This document shows positions 10,601 through 19,975 of a stretch of DNA of 64,000 nucleotides, one piece after another (position 1 is the stretch's first letter; the number at the start of each line of letters is the position of its first letter). Both the position numbers and the translations under genes were made by a program. Source of the stretch: Nitrosopumilus sp. (GTDB lineage: Archaea; Thermoproteota; Nitrososphaeria; Nitrososphaerales; Nitrosopumilaceae); NCBI GenBank assembly GCA_965207075.1, contig CBDBLO010000002.1:736001-800000 (forward strand). Reading direction: 5' to 3'. The notes below the pieces were generated by a model, which did no database searches, was not told the origin of the DNA, and saw nothing but the letters and a program-made list of their open reading frames with translations.

Positions 10601-11013
10601 CCGGCCGAGGGGGAGAACACGGTGCCTCCTGCCAGCCCCACGTCGCCCGCGTGGGTGGCGTGCACCTCGGCGGGGCCGCTCCGGACCGCCTGGATCTCAA
10701 AGAGGCCGTGGTTCATGCCGGGAGGTATGACGGCAATGGCCGGTATGCCGACAGACACGGAGCCCGTCGCCAAGTACACGGTGCGGTCCGACATAGCTCC
10801 GAATGGCGCGGGCCTGTCGGTTACGGCCACTCCCTGATACGTCTGGCCCGCGATCATCTTGTCGGGTATGTGCAGGTAGAGCGCGGCCTCTGCCGGGGTC
10901 GCGCCAAACGGCGCGGCGCGCCCGCCCTCCGCAACTACATCCATGATAGCAAGAAAAGAGACCGCGGCGGCGCCCATTGCCATCAAAAAGTACGCTGCCT
11001 GCCGCGATCTCAC
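7603..11013 (-). CDS. Large secreted, C-terminally anchored surface protein (Ig-like beta-rich) with low-complexity linkers
   Basis: N-terminal signal peptide, C-terminal TM + basic tail, poly-D/N/S/G linkers; overlaps TadC-like start. Confidence 0.75.
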   Translation of the reverse strand: MRSRQAAYFLMAMGAAAVSFLAIMDVVAEGGRAAPFGATPAEAALYLHIPDKMIAGQTYQGVAVTDRPAPFGAMSDRTVYLATGSVSVGIPAIAVIPPGMNHGLFEIQAVRSGPAEVHATHAGDVGLAGGTVFSPSAGPSGLDLVMPGNVTSASDITAVVVVLDGNGYPVQAVRDTDVRIVASGMIGAPRIVPIAEGQTYAAFALQVNGSGSVTAAAAGLDADTEHIVYDRDAVTVHMAAVPDVILQGGVVHYTIWMEKGGNYDDDDDYDVQGSPFHPPRVIRGEIQTTNVDAVRLTENVPANKDSSSGTVVVRNGVAQGTAYAGLEPGHVVLTATIPGYGVASVPVCVGAVVFGDVKDSGGGGGSSSNSGGGGDIDRNGGGTLQIPENGTARDAGVAEAGSAAAAEPVGCGGGGGGKAETFREYAQRIVDEHARAAIHGGHQGIPQLPRELPEKPPANHIRFWVYPDVTGHAARGTVGFYHLETETAHTVTYDENGTKIDTESEYTRLIPVRADYHRVTVAAPHGDVLVQPVHVAHPTRYTNAYDFPIAAGREGTYDIGVTSGGHTATGTLRVAAPYETGYRLQLVPVPAMLGATAQPLYVASIIDGKGRIIDVRGEFGRDRTISVAFGDGRVENVAIGASTSSSSNTAVIYGVVTGETGVVATLEGSPGAAGPAYGTVTPGGVPVSVEMAVPSVVHSGEDFPFAIHTVDPFGIPVERVDMAAASTKQGGGGGGGGVPPAAAATGFLYHGGTVGAVSGAGSHLVGVLHSLGGGVQNEIVSFLNYMNLTADAPPRVAAGEPFEIRVSSSLVAPDVLLPAGGNNNNDDDDDDSSGSGAAASADRALPYTSYEVADSPWPVEQAAPGVFRVTPATPGDATIVVRGHIDGFEPGTVSVPIHSEMAVLLRVDAVSDDGGSGLEIEFSLGNGTKLVTPFETTLRHPEHLQFVFPEALDSGYGLLDVAYGGGGGYLADENGDGAYDGIRVGPGDDAITVTATYERSVQVFVTGGSGGGIYPYGADVQIRAEPGHIVPHLIPERLAYWEGAPGKPSSFVMQAHRDTELAAVYEPDYARVMSVILAGVAAATGYIAYRKAGSRISYVIGGALDGMARVGREITSRTATTARGTKKEERRQNDYG

Positions 11014-11859
11014 GACATGTCAATTGCGGATTTGATAAAAGGCGGCATGCGCGCATGTGCTTGCATTCACGTGACGGTGCCGTGGCCGCGGCGTGGCCGA
11101 TCTGCTCTATGGCAGCGCCAAGCCCAGCACTTGAACAGCTGCCCGAAATGCAACAAGCGCATGGCGCCCTCCCCCTGTTGCCCGCCCTGCATGGATCGGG
11201 GCGCTCCGGCATTACGACCGTTATCAGTGCACGTGGCAATGGAGCAAGTGTGACGCCCGGCATGATACTTGACACGTTCGAGCTGCGGGGCCGCGGCAAG
11301 GTTGCAAAGGAGTCAGTCGGGATGATATCCCAAAAGATAATGTCTGGCCAGGCAGGCGCCGTCGTGGGCGCCGCGGGGCCAATGATGCAGGGCATGAAGC
11401 AGGACGAGCAGCCATCATACGGGGCGACATACGGGGCAGCATCGACATCATCAAAGACAGGGGGAAGCGCGCCGCGGGCCCGCTCGTGTGAACCGTGGTG
11501 AAGAGGCTCGGGGGCGGGGCGTCGGGCAGGGCGGTAAACGCGCTCGTGGCTGACGGCGTCTCAAAGATACCCGGGGAACCGACATAGGAATCATGGGCGC
11601 GATCCTCCACCTCTCCTCTCCTCCCTCTTTCCCGCACCACGCGCCAGGATGGGCGACTTGCCCATGTCCGGCAGCGCACGGGCCAGACCTGGCCGCCGGA
11701 GCCGGTTCACAGCAAGTTCAGATCCCAGACGCGTCGCACGCCATGAGGGGGTGGGGGGCCTGCTCACGAGAAGCCAGCGCCCCCACGCACGCCGCTGGTA
11801 TCCGAATCTGCGGGGAGTCTGAAATTGAAATTTATTTATAGTATCATGGGTAATATAAC

Positions 11860-11950
11860 AATGTCAAAGGGCGGAGCACCCCCGTGGTGAGTAGCATGCC
11901 GCCTATGGAATGTGCTAGTGGAGGGTTCTCGGCTACACATTCTTGACATT
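11860..11950 (-). ncRNA. Predicted structured RNA (three-way junction) immediately 3' of DUF3800 gene 1
   Basis: Closing stem AATGTCAA(11860-67)/TTGACATT(11943-50); hairpin GAATGTG…CACATTC; hairpin GGCGG…CCGCC. Confidence 0.6.
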
Positions 11951-11951
11951 A

Positions 11952-12659
11952 TTATGGATACACCTTGTAGCCGTGGCCTCGGACCGCGCCAGAACTGCTC
12001 TTGAGAAGCTTGGCGCGTACGATGTCCCAGTACCGTACAAATTGATCGTTGGTCGCCCAGTGCTTCAGGGCGCAGTATGCGAATGCGTCGGCCACCTGTA
12101 TTCCATACACCCCTGCCGAGTCGGCAAAGGCGGGCTGCGTGATGCGGGTCAGTCGCTGATAACCCATTCCATGATTTGTCAGCTTGCTGTACGTTCTGAG
12201 TATTGCACTCCGCGTCCTGTTGGGACCGGTGTCGGCCTTTATGTGCCCGGATGCCATGCGGTTTTCCCTCAGAAACATGTCATACCTTTCCAGGAGAAGC
12301 GACCAGGCCATATCCAGCGGCGACTTGGCGGGTTTTTCTGATTGGAGCTTGTTTTTGTCGATTATGATCAATATTCCTGTGCATTCGGTCTTCGCGATCA
12401 TCTCATACAATTTGTCTAGCAGGTCGGTTTTTGTGTCGAGACTTATGGAGCCAAAATTGTTTTTGGAACCGTAGATATCATGCGTGTGTATCTCAGAATC
12501 AACAAAACCCCCAATAAAGTTGGACTGCTTGTATTCGAAGACCATTCTTTGTAACTTTTTGATGTGTTCGTCTCGCGCTATGACGCCCGACAAGACAAAA
12601 TGTTTTGTATGATCGGCACGGCTTGGAGAGCCGGAATCGTCCACATACATAACTGGCAT
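11952..12659 (-). CDS. DUF3800 family RNase H-like protein
   Basis: N-terminal MYVDDSG, FVLSGV, EIH, C-terminal DS…GIQVADAFAY; lower GC than flanks. Confidence 0.85.
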   Translation of the reverse strand: MPVMYVDDSGSPSRADHTKHFVLSGVIARDEHIKKLQRMVFEYKQSNFIGGFVDSEIHTHDIYGSKNNFGSISLDTKTDLLDKLYEMIAKTECTGILIIIDKNKLQSEKPAKSPLDMAWSLLLERYDMFLRENRMASGHIKADTGPNRTRSAILRTYSKLTNHGMGYQRLTRITQPAFADSAGVYGIQVADAFAYCALKHWATNDQFVRYWDIVRAKLLKSSSGAVRGHGYKVYP

Positions 12660-13388
12660 GTATTTGTATTGGAAATTCTCGTATTTATACCCGTCGATAT
12701 ATGAACAATTGGTGAATATTGCATTAAGCAAGTAATTATGAACTAATTGAGTGTGTTTTTAGTAAGACAATGCAAAAGTTGAAGATTAGGCGCTTATGCA
12801 CGTTAATGTAGTAAAACAAAACCAGGTTGCAGTCATAGGGAAATTATTGCCAAGGATTGGAAAATTAAACTATGGAAACATGGGATAAAATGTGAATACG
12901 GAGCTCAAACTTATCACATGACAAAATAATATAGTTAGAAAAAGAGATGAAGTGGCAGAAAATGGCGGTAAGAGCATTCCCGACATCCTTGTGATCTGTA
13001 TGCCGGGGGCGCGACTGCATCGATGTCCATGCGCGCCCGGAGCAGCCTCGAAGCCGCAGTAAACTATGATGGCATGTCGTGGCGCACCGCATCAACATCA
13101 GAAGGAGGGTTTGACGGTGTGCGCCGCAGGCTCATGGCATGTCACAGAAGGGCTTGGTACTGTTTTGTGAGGGCGGCGGCCCGTACCCCGAGACAGGCGC
13201 AGGCTGTCGTGGGTTCGGATAGGTATGCGTCCAAGAGGATCGGCGCGCTTGGGCGGCCGGTCAACGGGCCGCCGAAGACGCTGACCCCGGACGGGCCGCT
13301 GACGTTGGTGCGGTGAAGAGCGATGCCGCCTGCAGTTGTCCCGTGTACCGTCGCCGCCTCCGCCACTGCCGCCGGCCCCGCAGCGGCG

Positions 13389-14867
13389 CTACTCGTTCAG
13401 CCTTCCCACGGTAAGTATGGTGTCGCCCACGTCCACGCCCGCGTGCGACGCGGCCGGGACGCCGCCTGAGAACCCGTCCGGGCTGTACGACACGGAGATC
13501 TCGCCGTCGACCGTTATGACGTCGCCTGCATCCACGTCTGCCTCAAGCCACACGTCCAGCTGCCCCCCGTACGCCCACGCGGCGCCTATGTCCCCGGTCA
13601 GCCTGTATACGCAGTTGTAATAGTACGTGTCAAAGCCCGTGCGGGCCAGCTCCACGTCCCTTGCAAGGGACTCGGCAGGCGCCGCAGTCCCCAGCGGGAC
13701 GGACTGGACGGTCCGGCCGTCGTTCTGCACCCGTATGGACGCCGAGAACGAGGGCCTGGGCATCTGCTCCTCCCACGCTGTCATCTGGTCGTCCACCGTA
13801 TCGTGGAACTCGGAGAGGCAGTCGCACGGGTTGGTCGAGTGGGCCCTGCTGTCTGTACAGCGGAATTCCGAGTCAAAGCCGTACGTGGCGCCTGCCTGTC
13901 CCGTGTACGGGGTCTCGACGCGTACTGCCATCTTGCCCGTGTACGGAACCGTTATGCTGCCGCTTATCGGGAATGTCACCCCGACGCCGTAGTCTGCGCT
14001 GCTCTGGACCACTTGGAACACGTCGGGGTGGCCCTGCAGCGGCGCAATGTCCTCCGGATGGGCCGGCGCGCCCGGGTCGTACCCGAAGTTGGCGCAGGGC
14101 TCGTACTGGTCGTGGTGGCCGGGCTTGATCTTCTCGCCCTCCACCCAGTAGTACCACGAGGGGCTTCCGGCGGGCTTTGGCGTCGCGCCCCCGAGCCCGC
14201 TGTCGGACACCAGGAAGGGACTGTCGTATATGATGTGCTTTTCCCACTTGGTGTACCACGACTCCCCGGGCTTGGAGAACAGGACCTTGCAGTATATGCT
14301 GCTGTCCGAGTGGTGGTACGCGATCACCGTGTCGGCCCCCCTCTGGCTTGCCGAGCCTCCGTCGAGCCCCATGACGGCCACGTACCCGAACGTGTCTGCG
14401 GGGGCGGCCAGCGACTGCGGCGGCGGGGCGGCCCTGTCGATCGCGAATATGGCACCCCGCGCCGTCACTCCCCGGAACATGTGGTCCTCGTCGCCTAGCA
14501 GGGCCGCCATGCTGTTCGGGAGGGGTGGCGGGTCCGTCCCGCCGCCACTGCCCGTCAGGTTCTGCGCCTGGTACGCGTGCACCGTATAGTTGACGTGCCA
14601 CGCCCCGGACAGCGCCCCGTCCTCGTAGCCCCTGAACTGTATCACTGTGACGTCCCTTGCGATGTTGTTGGTGAGTGTGATATGTGTGCCGTCATATATC
14701 TCGCCCCGCACATGTGACGACGACAGCGACGGGCTGGACGCCCCGGTGCGCTCCAGCATGTCCCGCTGGATCTCCCCGAGCTCGGCCTGCTGCTCCAGCC
14801 CCGAGTATATGCCGTACAGCCCCAGGGCGACCAGCGACACCATTCCGATTACGATTATGGGGTTCAT
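13389..14867 (-). CDS. Membrane-anchored/secreted protein, possible minor pilin or adhesin
   Basis: Start MNPIIVIGMVSLVALGLYGIY (hydrophobic N-terminus), followed by 'ITLTNN…DVTVIQ' pilin-like segment and Cys-containing beta-rich domain. Confidence 0.65.
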   Translation of the reverse strand: MNPIIVIGMVSLVALGLYGIYSGLEQQAELGEIQRDMLERTGASSPSLSSSHVRGEIYDGTHITLTNNIARDVTVIQFRGYEDGALSGAWHVNYTVHAYQAQNLTGSGGGTDPPPLPNSMAALLGDEDHMFRGVTARGAIFAIDRAAPPPQSLAAPADTFGYVAVMGLDGGSASQRGADTVIAYHHSDSSIYCKVLFSKPGESWYTKWEKHIIYDSPFLVSDSGLGGATPKPAGSPSWYYWVEGEKIKPGHHDQYEPCANFGYDPGAPAHPEDIAPLQGHPDVFQVVQSSADYGVGVTFPISGSITVPYTGKMAVRVETPYTGQAGATYGFDSEFRCTDSRAHSTNPCDCLSEFHDTVDDQMTAWEEQMPRPSFSASIRVQNDGRTVQSVPLGTAAPAESLARDVELARTGFDTYYYNCVYRLTGDIGAAWAYGGQLDVWLEADVDAGDVITVDGEISVSYSPDGFSGGVPAASHAGVDVGDTILTVGRLNE

Positions 14868-14877
14868 GAAAACATGC

Positions 14878-15513
14878 TCACCTGACAAGCGTATACTCGT
14901 GCACGATCCTCGGGTCCGCGGATATGCTGTGTGAGTCGTACCACCTGCTATACTCTGGAAACGGCATGTCCGGCATAATGACGGTCCGAGACTCTGCGGC
15001 CGTGTCGTATCCCAGCACGAACCTGTCCCCGGCCTGGGAGGTGATCGAGAGGGGCACGCTGTAAAAGTATGTATCGATCTCACCCCAGTACGCCCCCACC
15101 TCCAGGCCCTGCTCCCCGTACGGGGCAAGGTGCAGGACGGTGTCCTGTATGGAGTCTGCGAGCCATACATCCCACGCCGACGTGGGGCGTACGGTCATCG
15201 TGTTATAATCAAGGAGCATCACGGTGCCCCTGCCGTCAAAATCCACCGCAACTATCCAGACGGGGCCGTACGCGTGGTGTGTCATCCGGTGCACAAAATC
15301 CATGCGCAGCGTATAGCAGGGGTCCGGATAGGTCGCCTCCGCGGCATGCACGCTGTGGCATATTTCGTACGTGTATGAGTCGCCTGTCTCCAGGTTCTCG
15401 CCCAGGCGCCAGGTCGGCGGCAGGGAGGCGGCGGCAGGCTGGGCGGCCTCCTCTGCTGCTACCGCCGCAGCCCCGCCAGCGCCAAGGCACAGCACGGCCG
15501 CAACCACGGCCAT
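14878..15513 (-). CDS. Secreted hypothetical protein
   Basis: Signal peptide MAVVAAVLCLGAGGAAAVAA; 'W.LGENL..GD…Y.IC' domain. Confidence 0.65.
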   Translation of the reverse strand: MAVVAAVLCLGAGGAAAVAAEEAAQPAAASLPPTWRLGENLETGDSYTYEICHSVHAAEATYPDPCYTLRMDFVHRMTHHAYGPVWIVAVDFDGRGTVMLLDYNTMTVRPTSAWDVWLADSIQDTVLHLAPYGEQGLEVGAYWGEIDTYFYSVPLSITSQAGDRFVLGYDTAAESRTVIMPDMPFPEYSRWYDSHSISADPRIVHEYTLVR

Positions 15514-15774
15514 GCAGGCAGGGAGTAAAAGGAGGAGGATGGGGCGGCGGTAGCAGCAGTCTAGGACGCGGGGCGTCCCGAACGCCCCCCTCAATGGGCA
15601 CATGACGTCGGGCTGTTGGTTCACTGTCTGCAAGGCCGCTTTTTGTTAAAAGCGTGAATTTTCAAATGCAGGCGGGCGGCCGGTTCGCGGCAGCTGCGCG
15701 CCGGCGGCATCCTGGCGCCACGCGGCGCGGCCTTGGCGCCAGTCCCAAAAGCCGCGTGCCCTGACGGGGCCAAA

Positions 15775-15822
15775 AGTTACCCGAAAACAATCATAGAGCT
15801 CTATGATTGTTTCCGGGTAACT
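15775..15822. repeat. 48-bp loopless palindrome (1 mismatch)
   Basis: AGTTACCCGAAAACAATCATAGAG|CTCTATGATTGTTTCCGGGTAACT. Confidence 0.95.
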
Positions 15823-16020
15823 AGCCGAATCCCGCATGCGGGAGACCCGTTCCGGAATGATGCACGCGAGCTCGGCGCCAGCCGCTGCATCCTGTGGCGG
15901 CGGCAAAGGTCACGTCGGCAGGGTCGCGCCCCGTCAAAATCTGTATAGCCGGGATCCGGCGGCCCGGTACGAGGAGTCCCCGCACGCAGGCGGTACATAA
16001 CGGATGCAGGACCGCGTGGA

Positions 16021-16197
16021 TCACTTGTCGGGGGCGGCAACAACGTCCGGCACGGCCCGCAGCACCAGGGACCCGTTCCTGGTCTTCTGGACGTAGACAT
16101 AGGTGTGTCTTTTCCACCCGAGTTCCCTGACGAGCTCCGCGGGAAGGCTCACGCCCCACGACCCCCCGTTCTTTTGGATTATCTTGCGAATCAGCAC
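16021..16197 (-). CDS. AbrB/MazE/SpoVT-family DNA-binding protein
   Basis: RKIIQKNGGSWGVSLPAELVRELGWK…VYV…GSLVLR consensus; GTG start inferred. Confidence 0.8.
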   Translation of the reverse strand: MLIRKIIQKNGGSWGVSLPAELVRELGWKRHTYVYVQKTRNGSLVLRAVPDVVAAPDK

Positions 16198-16382
16198 CGC
16201 CGTCACAAATACGGAAAGCGTAAAAGGGCAAAAGGGCGGGCGCGCACCCTCCGGCACACTTGCCCCCGTTATGGCAATTCCGTGATGTGGGCCGTATGTG
16301 TGGGGAGCATAATACGGTAATCTACCCATATGGCAAGTAAATTACGAAAACATCAAATACAAAAAGCACCATTGTCACGTGC

Positions 16383-17258
16383 ATGAGCACAATCGCCCCC
16401 GAACGCACTGCGCGCGACACGTCCCCCGAACGCCCCGAGGGGAGAAAGGCGGATGCGTGCACGCACAGCACCCTGCATGAGACGACCACCCCCGAGGGGG
16501 AGATCGTCTGCCGCGCGTGCGGGGTGGTAAAGGGGGAGGACGAGCAGCACATGTACGGGGATCCCGCGGCGCTTCCGCGCACCCGGACCAACCTGTACCT
16601 GGAGATGGAGGTGGGAGGCAAGCCGGACCGCAGGCTGCGTGCCGACAGATTCGTGCGCCGCAGGCACGACATGGCGGCAGTCAGCAACATATCGCAAAAG
16701 CTCGGCATCCCGAACAGCGTGGGGAGGGACGTGTGGGCGTGGTATCTCAAGCTGCGCCGCGCGCCCGGCATGCGCATGACAAAGGCAAAGGCCATGGTCC
16801 TGGCGTTCCACGGCGTCTGCAGGATGCGGGGCTGCCCGCTGAACGAGGCCAGGCTGCGGGACGCCATACGCATGGAACTGGGGGTGAGGCACGCGCACTC
16901 GTACCTCCACGTCGTAATGGAGGCCTCGTCGTACGTCGACGAGAAAACCGGGGAGCACGTGCTGCGCAGGATAGGGTTCCTTGATCTGGTCGGGCATACA
17001 ATACATGACGGCGGCTGTCGTGACGACGGTACTGGTGCCGCCATGACCGCGCCGCCGCCGCCATCGCAGTCCCCGAGCACGTTTTCCATAAGCACCGAGA
17101 TCCAGTCACTGGCGTACGAGTACGAGCCCGGAATCGCGGAGGCACTGGCGCGCGAGGCCCGCGCCATCCTTCCCGTACTGGAGCACAAGGAGTCCAACCG
17201 GGCGCGGGCGGCGCGGGCGGCCATACGGATAGCAAAGAGGAGGTACGGGGCGCGGTGA
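16383..17258 (+). CDS. Transcription factor B (TFIIB)-like protein
   Basis: Zn-ribbon C-x-H…GEIVCRACGVV, followed by cyclin-like 'ISQKLGIPNSV…' and 'CRMRGCPL..ARL'. Confidence 0.7.
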   Translation: MSTIAPERTARDTSPERPEGRKADACTHSTLHETTTPEGEIVCRACGVVKGEDEQHMYGDPAALPRTRTNLYLEMEVGGKPDRRLRADRFVRRRHDMAAVSNISQKLGIPNSVGRDVWAWYLKLRRAPGMRMTKAKAMVLAFHGVCRMRGCPLNEARLRDAIRMELGVRHAHSYLHVVMEASSYVDEKTGEHVLRRIGFLDLVGHTIHDGGCRDDGTGAAMTAPPPPSQSPSTFSISTEIQSLAYEYEPGIAEALAREARAILPVLEHKESNRARAARAAIRIAKRRYGAR

Positions 17259-18382
17259 CCGGCGGCCAGAGCCCCCGGGGGCGGATGCAGCATGTCCGCA
17301 CCGCGTCCATACGGCGGCACGAGCTTGACGTTACGGTCCCCCTGCAAAAGCAGGTGGACGCGTACAGGCTCATGTTTGCAGAGGCGGGGGCCGGGCAGCA
17401 GCAGCAGCAGCCCAGCCATACAGGCGACATCCCGGCAGTCAGGGTGGGCAGCGTAGGCGACACCACATACCTGATGGCAGACGGCGACGTATACCGTGGG
17501 GCCCTGGCGGCGGGCGCGGAATCGATCAAATGTACGGTCATAAAATGCGCCGACGTATCGGACTTTCTTGTAAGGCACGTCCAGTACAACCACAGGCCCA
17601 CGGGGATCAACCCGCTTCTCCTGCGCAGGGTGTCGGACTACGTGGCGGAGCACGGAAGCGAGGAGGAGTCCGCGGCCCTGTCGCGCGCGTGCAGGGGGAC
17701 TGTACACCAAAAGTTCATCGCGCTCGACCTGGATCCCGGGGCCGCGGCGGTACTCGGCGAGCTCTGCGGGTTTCTGGGCGCAAGGCTGTCACAGTTCGCG
17801 CTGCCGTACTACATACCGTACCACATAGCAAGGAAGAGGCCCGACATGCAGGGGGAGCTGGCCCAGAAGGTGTCGGGGCTGGTAAGAGCGCGCCCCGTAA
17901 CCGACGCCCGCTTTGCGTGGCCCAGCTTTGAGGAGGTAAAGACGCTCTCCGACTCCCCCAGATACCGCAGGGAGGGGGAGTCCGCAGTCGTAACGCCGGA
18001 CGGCGAGCGGGCCGCCCCCAAGGAGGTGCGGCGCGCCAGACAGCTGATCAAGAACGCGCGCGATATCATAGCCATCCCGGGCACGGACGCGCACCCCCCA
18101 TATCTGGTGGACCTCAAGACAAAGCGCGCCTCCATAGTGGAGGACCGCAAGCTGGTCACGGTCCTCCGGGACGCGGATCCGGAGGGCGCGGGGGCCGCCA
18201 TGACGTACCTGTTCCCGCAAGAGGCCGGCAGGTGGCTGGGGCTTTCGGGCGGGAAGCGGGACGGCGCGGACATCGAGATGGAGCAGTTTGACGCCGCCAC
18301 CACCCTTGAGGAGTTTGCGCAAAAGCACCGCGGCGCGCGCGGGGTCGTGTTTTACAGGAGGACAGATGCCGCAGACAGGTGA
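17255..18382 (+). CDS. ParB/Srx-like N-terminal domain protein (divergent)
   Basis: IPAVRV…TYLMADGDVYRGAL…IKCTV…HVQYN pattern resembles the ParB 'P..V…Y.IIDG..R..A…I.C.V…N' motif; overlaps TFB-like stop. Confidence 0.5.
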   Translation: MTGGQSPRGRMQHVRTASIRRHELDVTVPLQKQVDAYRLMFAEAGAGQQQQQPSHTGDIPAVRVGSVGDTTYLMADGDVYRGALAAGAESIKCTVIKCADVSDFLVRHVQYNHRPTGINPLLLRRVSDYVAEHGSEEESAALSRACRGTVHQKFIALDLDPGAAAVLGELCGFLGARLSQFALPYYIPYHIARKRPDMQGELAQKVSGLVRARPVTDARFAWPSFEEVKTLSDSPRYRREGESAVVTPDGERAAPKEVRRARQLIKNARDIIAIPGTDAHPPYLVDLKTKRASIVEDRKLVTVLRDADPEGAGAAMTYLFPQEAGRWLGLSGGKRDGADIEMEQFDAATTLEEFAQKHRGARGVVFYRRTDAADR

Positions 18383-18992
18383 CCGCGACGCCGTGTCCGC
18401 CATATACGAGCTGTCGAGGCGCTCGCGCTCTACCCGGACCACCAAGCTAAAGATTGTGCAGGGCGGCAGGGCGAAACAGAAGGGCATCAGGCGCATAGCC
18501 CACATACACTCGGACTCGCGGCGCCGCACGCGGGTCGGCAAGATGGACCTGGAGGATATGGAGCGCCTGGCCGGATCGGGGCTGATATCTAGCGCGGGAG
18601 GCGGCCCGCCGGCAGTCACGCAGGTGGGCCGCTGGTCGGCCACGGCGTCCGGGCTGGACATGACGTTCTTTGAGTTGTGCGTGCTGGCAAAGGTGTACGG
18701 GGTTGCGCGCAGCATGGCGGGCATAACAGGGGGAGGGGGACTTGAGCACACCGAGACGATCCCGCTCAGGACCGTCCAGTACATTTTTGAGGACTGGCCC
18801 GTCTATCCGGGACGCGTCAACCACGCGCTGTCCCGCCTGCGCAGCCGCGGATTACTCCCGAGGTCGCGCCCCAAGAGGGTCGCGTGCGACATGGCGCGGC
18901 TAGACCACATGCGCGGGGAGCTCTCGGAGGTGGGCAAGTGGGTGGACGACACGGGGGAGGAGATACGCCGCGTACTCTTACATGGAGACTGA
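18366..18992 (+). CDS. Winged-helix-like hypothetical protein
   Basis: Translationally coupled; two segments ending in 'L…GLI' / 'LSRLRSRGLL' typical of wHTH. Confidence 0.55.
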   Translation: MPQTGDRDAVSAIYELSRRSRSTRTTKLKIVQGGRAKQKGIRRIAHIHSDSRRRTRVGKMDLEDMERLAGSGLISSAGGGPPAVTQVGRWSATASGLDMTFFELCVLAKVYGVARSMAGITGGGGLEHTETIPLRTVQYIFEDWPVYPGRVNHALSRLRSRGLLPRSRPKRVACDMARLDHMRGELSEVGKWVDDTGEEIRRVLLHGD

Positions 18993-19680
18993 GCTGGTCC
19001 GGCTGCTCGTGGTGCTGGGCGTGCTGGCGGCAAACTCGTACACGGACGTCAGATATAGAACCATACTCGGGGGCGACCGGCACTATGCGTGTGTGGGCGG
19101 CGCAGGCTTTGCGCTGTTCTTGCTGGACGGCGGGTGGGCAGATATAGGAGCGCTGTTCGGGATGGCGGCCGGCGTCACGCTGGCCCTCGTGCTGTACAGG
19201 TGCAGGGCGGTGGCGTCAGGCGACTGCGTGATTCTGCTGGTCATTTCTGTCACCCTGCCCGCCGCGTTTGGCGTGCCGTTTCTGCCCGTTCTGGCAGGCC
19301 TGCTTGCCGTCACCATGCTGGCGTTTGCGGTGGTGGGGTACAACGTGGCGCTCAACGTGTCACACGCGGCGGGGCTGTACCGGCACCCTGCCGCGGGAAG
19401 GCGGCCCTTTGTCGCGTGCGATGCCGCGAACACTCTCAAAAAGGCGGCCGCGTTCTTTACGGCGCACCACCGGAGGCCGTGGGAAAAACACGTTGTCCGC
19501 ATCGACGACGGGCGGGGCGGCCTCTCGCTGCGCGCGACGCCCGTAGGCACAAGGGAATGGGAAAGGGGCGGCGCGGAAGGGCATCCCGTGATGGTGGCCG
19601 CCCCCGTGATCCCGTTCCTGCTGGTGTCGATGATCCTGCTGCTGCTGCTGTTGCTGCCACCCGCGGCGCCTGTGGCCTAG
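18982..19680 (+). CDS. Prepilin peptidase (A24 family, PibD/FlaK-like)
   Basis: TM protein with catalytic Asp motifs SYTDVRYRTI and ASGD; C-terminal P.IPFL. Confidence 0.75.
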   Translation: METELVRLLVVLGVLAANSYTDVRYRTILGGDRHYACVGGAGFALFLLDGGWADIGALFGMAAGVTLALVLYRCRAVASGDCVILLVISVTLPAAFGVPFLPVLAGLLAVTMLAFAVVGYNVALNVSHAAGLYRHPAAGRRPFVACDAANTLKKAAAFFTAHHRRPWEKHVVRIDDGRGGLSLRATPVGTREWERGGAEGHPVMVAAPVIPFLLVSMILLLLLLLPPAAPVA

Positions 19681-19975
19681 CCCCGCGCCCCCCCTGTCCC
19701 CTCGGAGGGGCGGCGGTTCAGGAGACCTGCGCAGGACGCACAGCCTGCGTTTTTTCCAACAGCCCTTGTTGCAGGAATGCCCTTCTCGGGAAGAAACTGT
19801 GGCGCGGATTTTGCAGGTTGTGGTTCCGATGCGGGGCATTGACGGGCCGCACCGTGCCGCACCGGGTCTGGACGGCCCCGGGGTACACCCGAAGGGTCAT
19901 GGCAACAGTACGCGCCGCGGGGGACGCGCCCCCAAGGCATGGAATATTTATTAGATTAGCACGGCGTTCTGGATT

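Noticed and set aside
10977-11590. 174-aa plus-strand ORF with Gly/Ala-rich segments
   Set aside because: Appears frameshifted or decayed and no family could be supported.
15646-15948. Short ORFs on both strands sharing the peptide SYPxTIIELYDCFRVT
   Set aside because: An artefact of the 48-bp palindrome, not a gene duplication.
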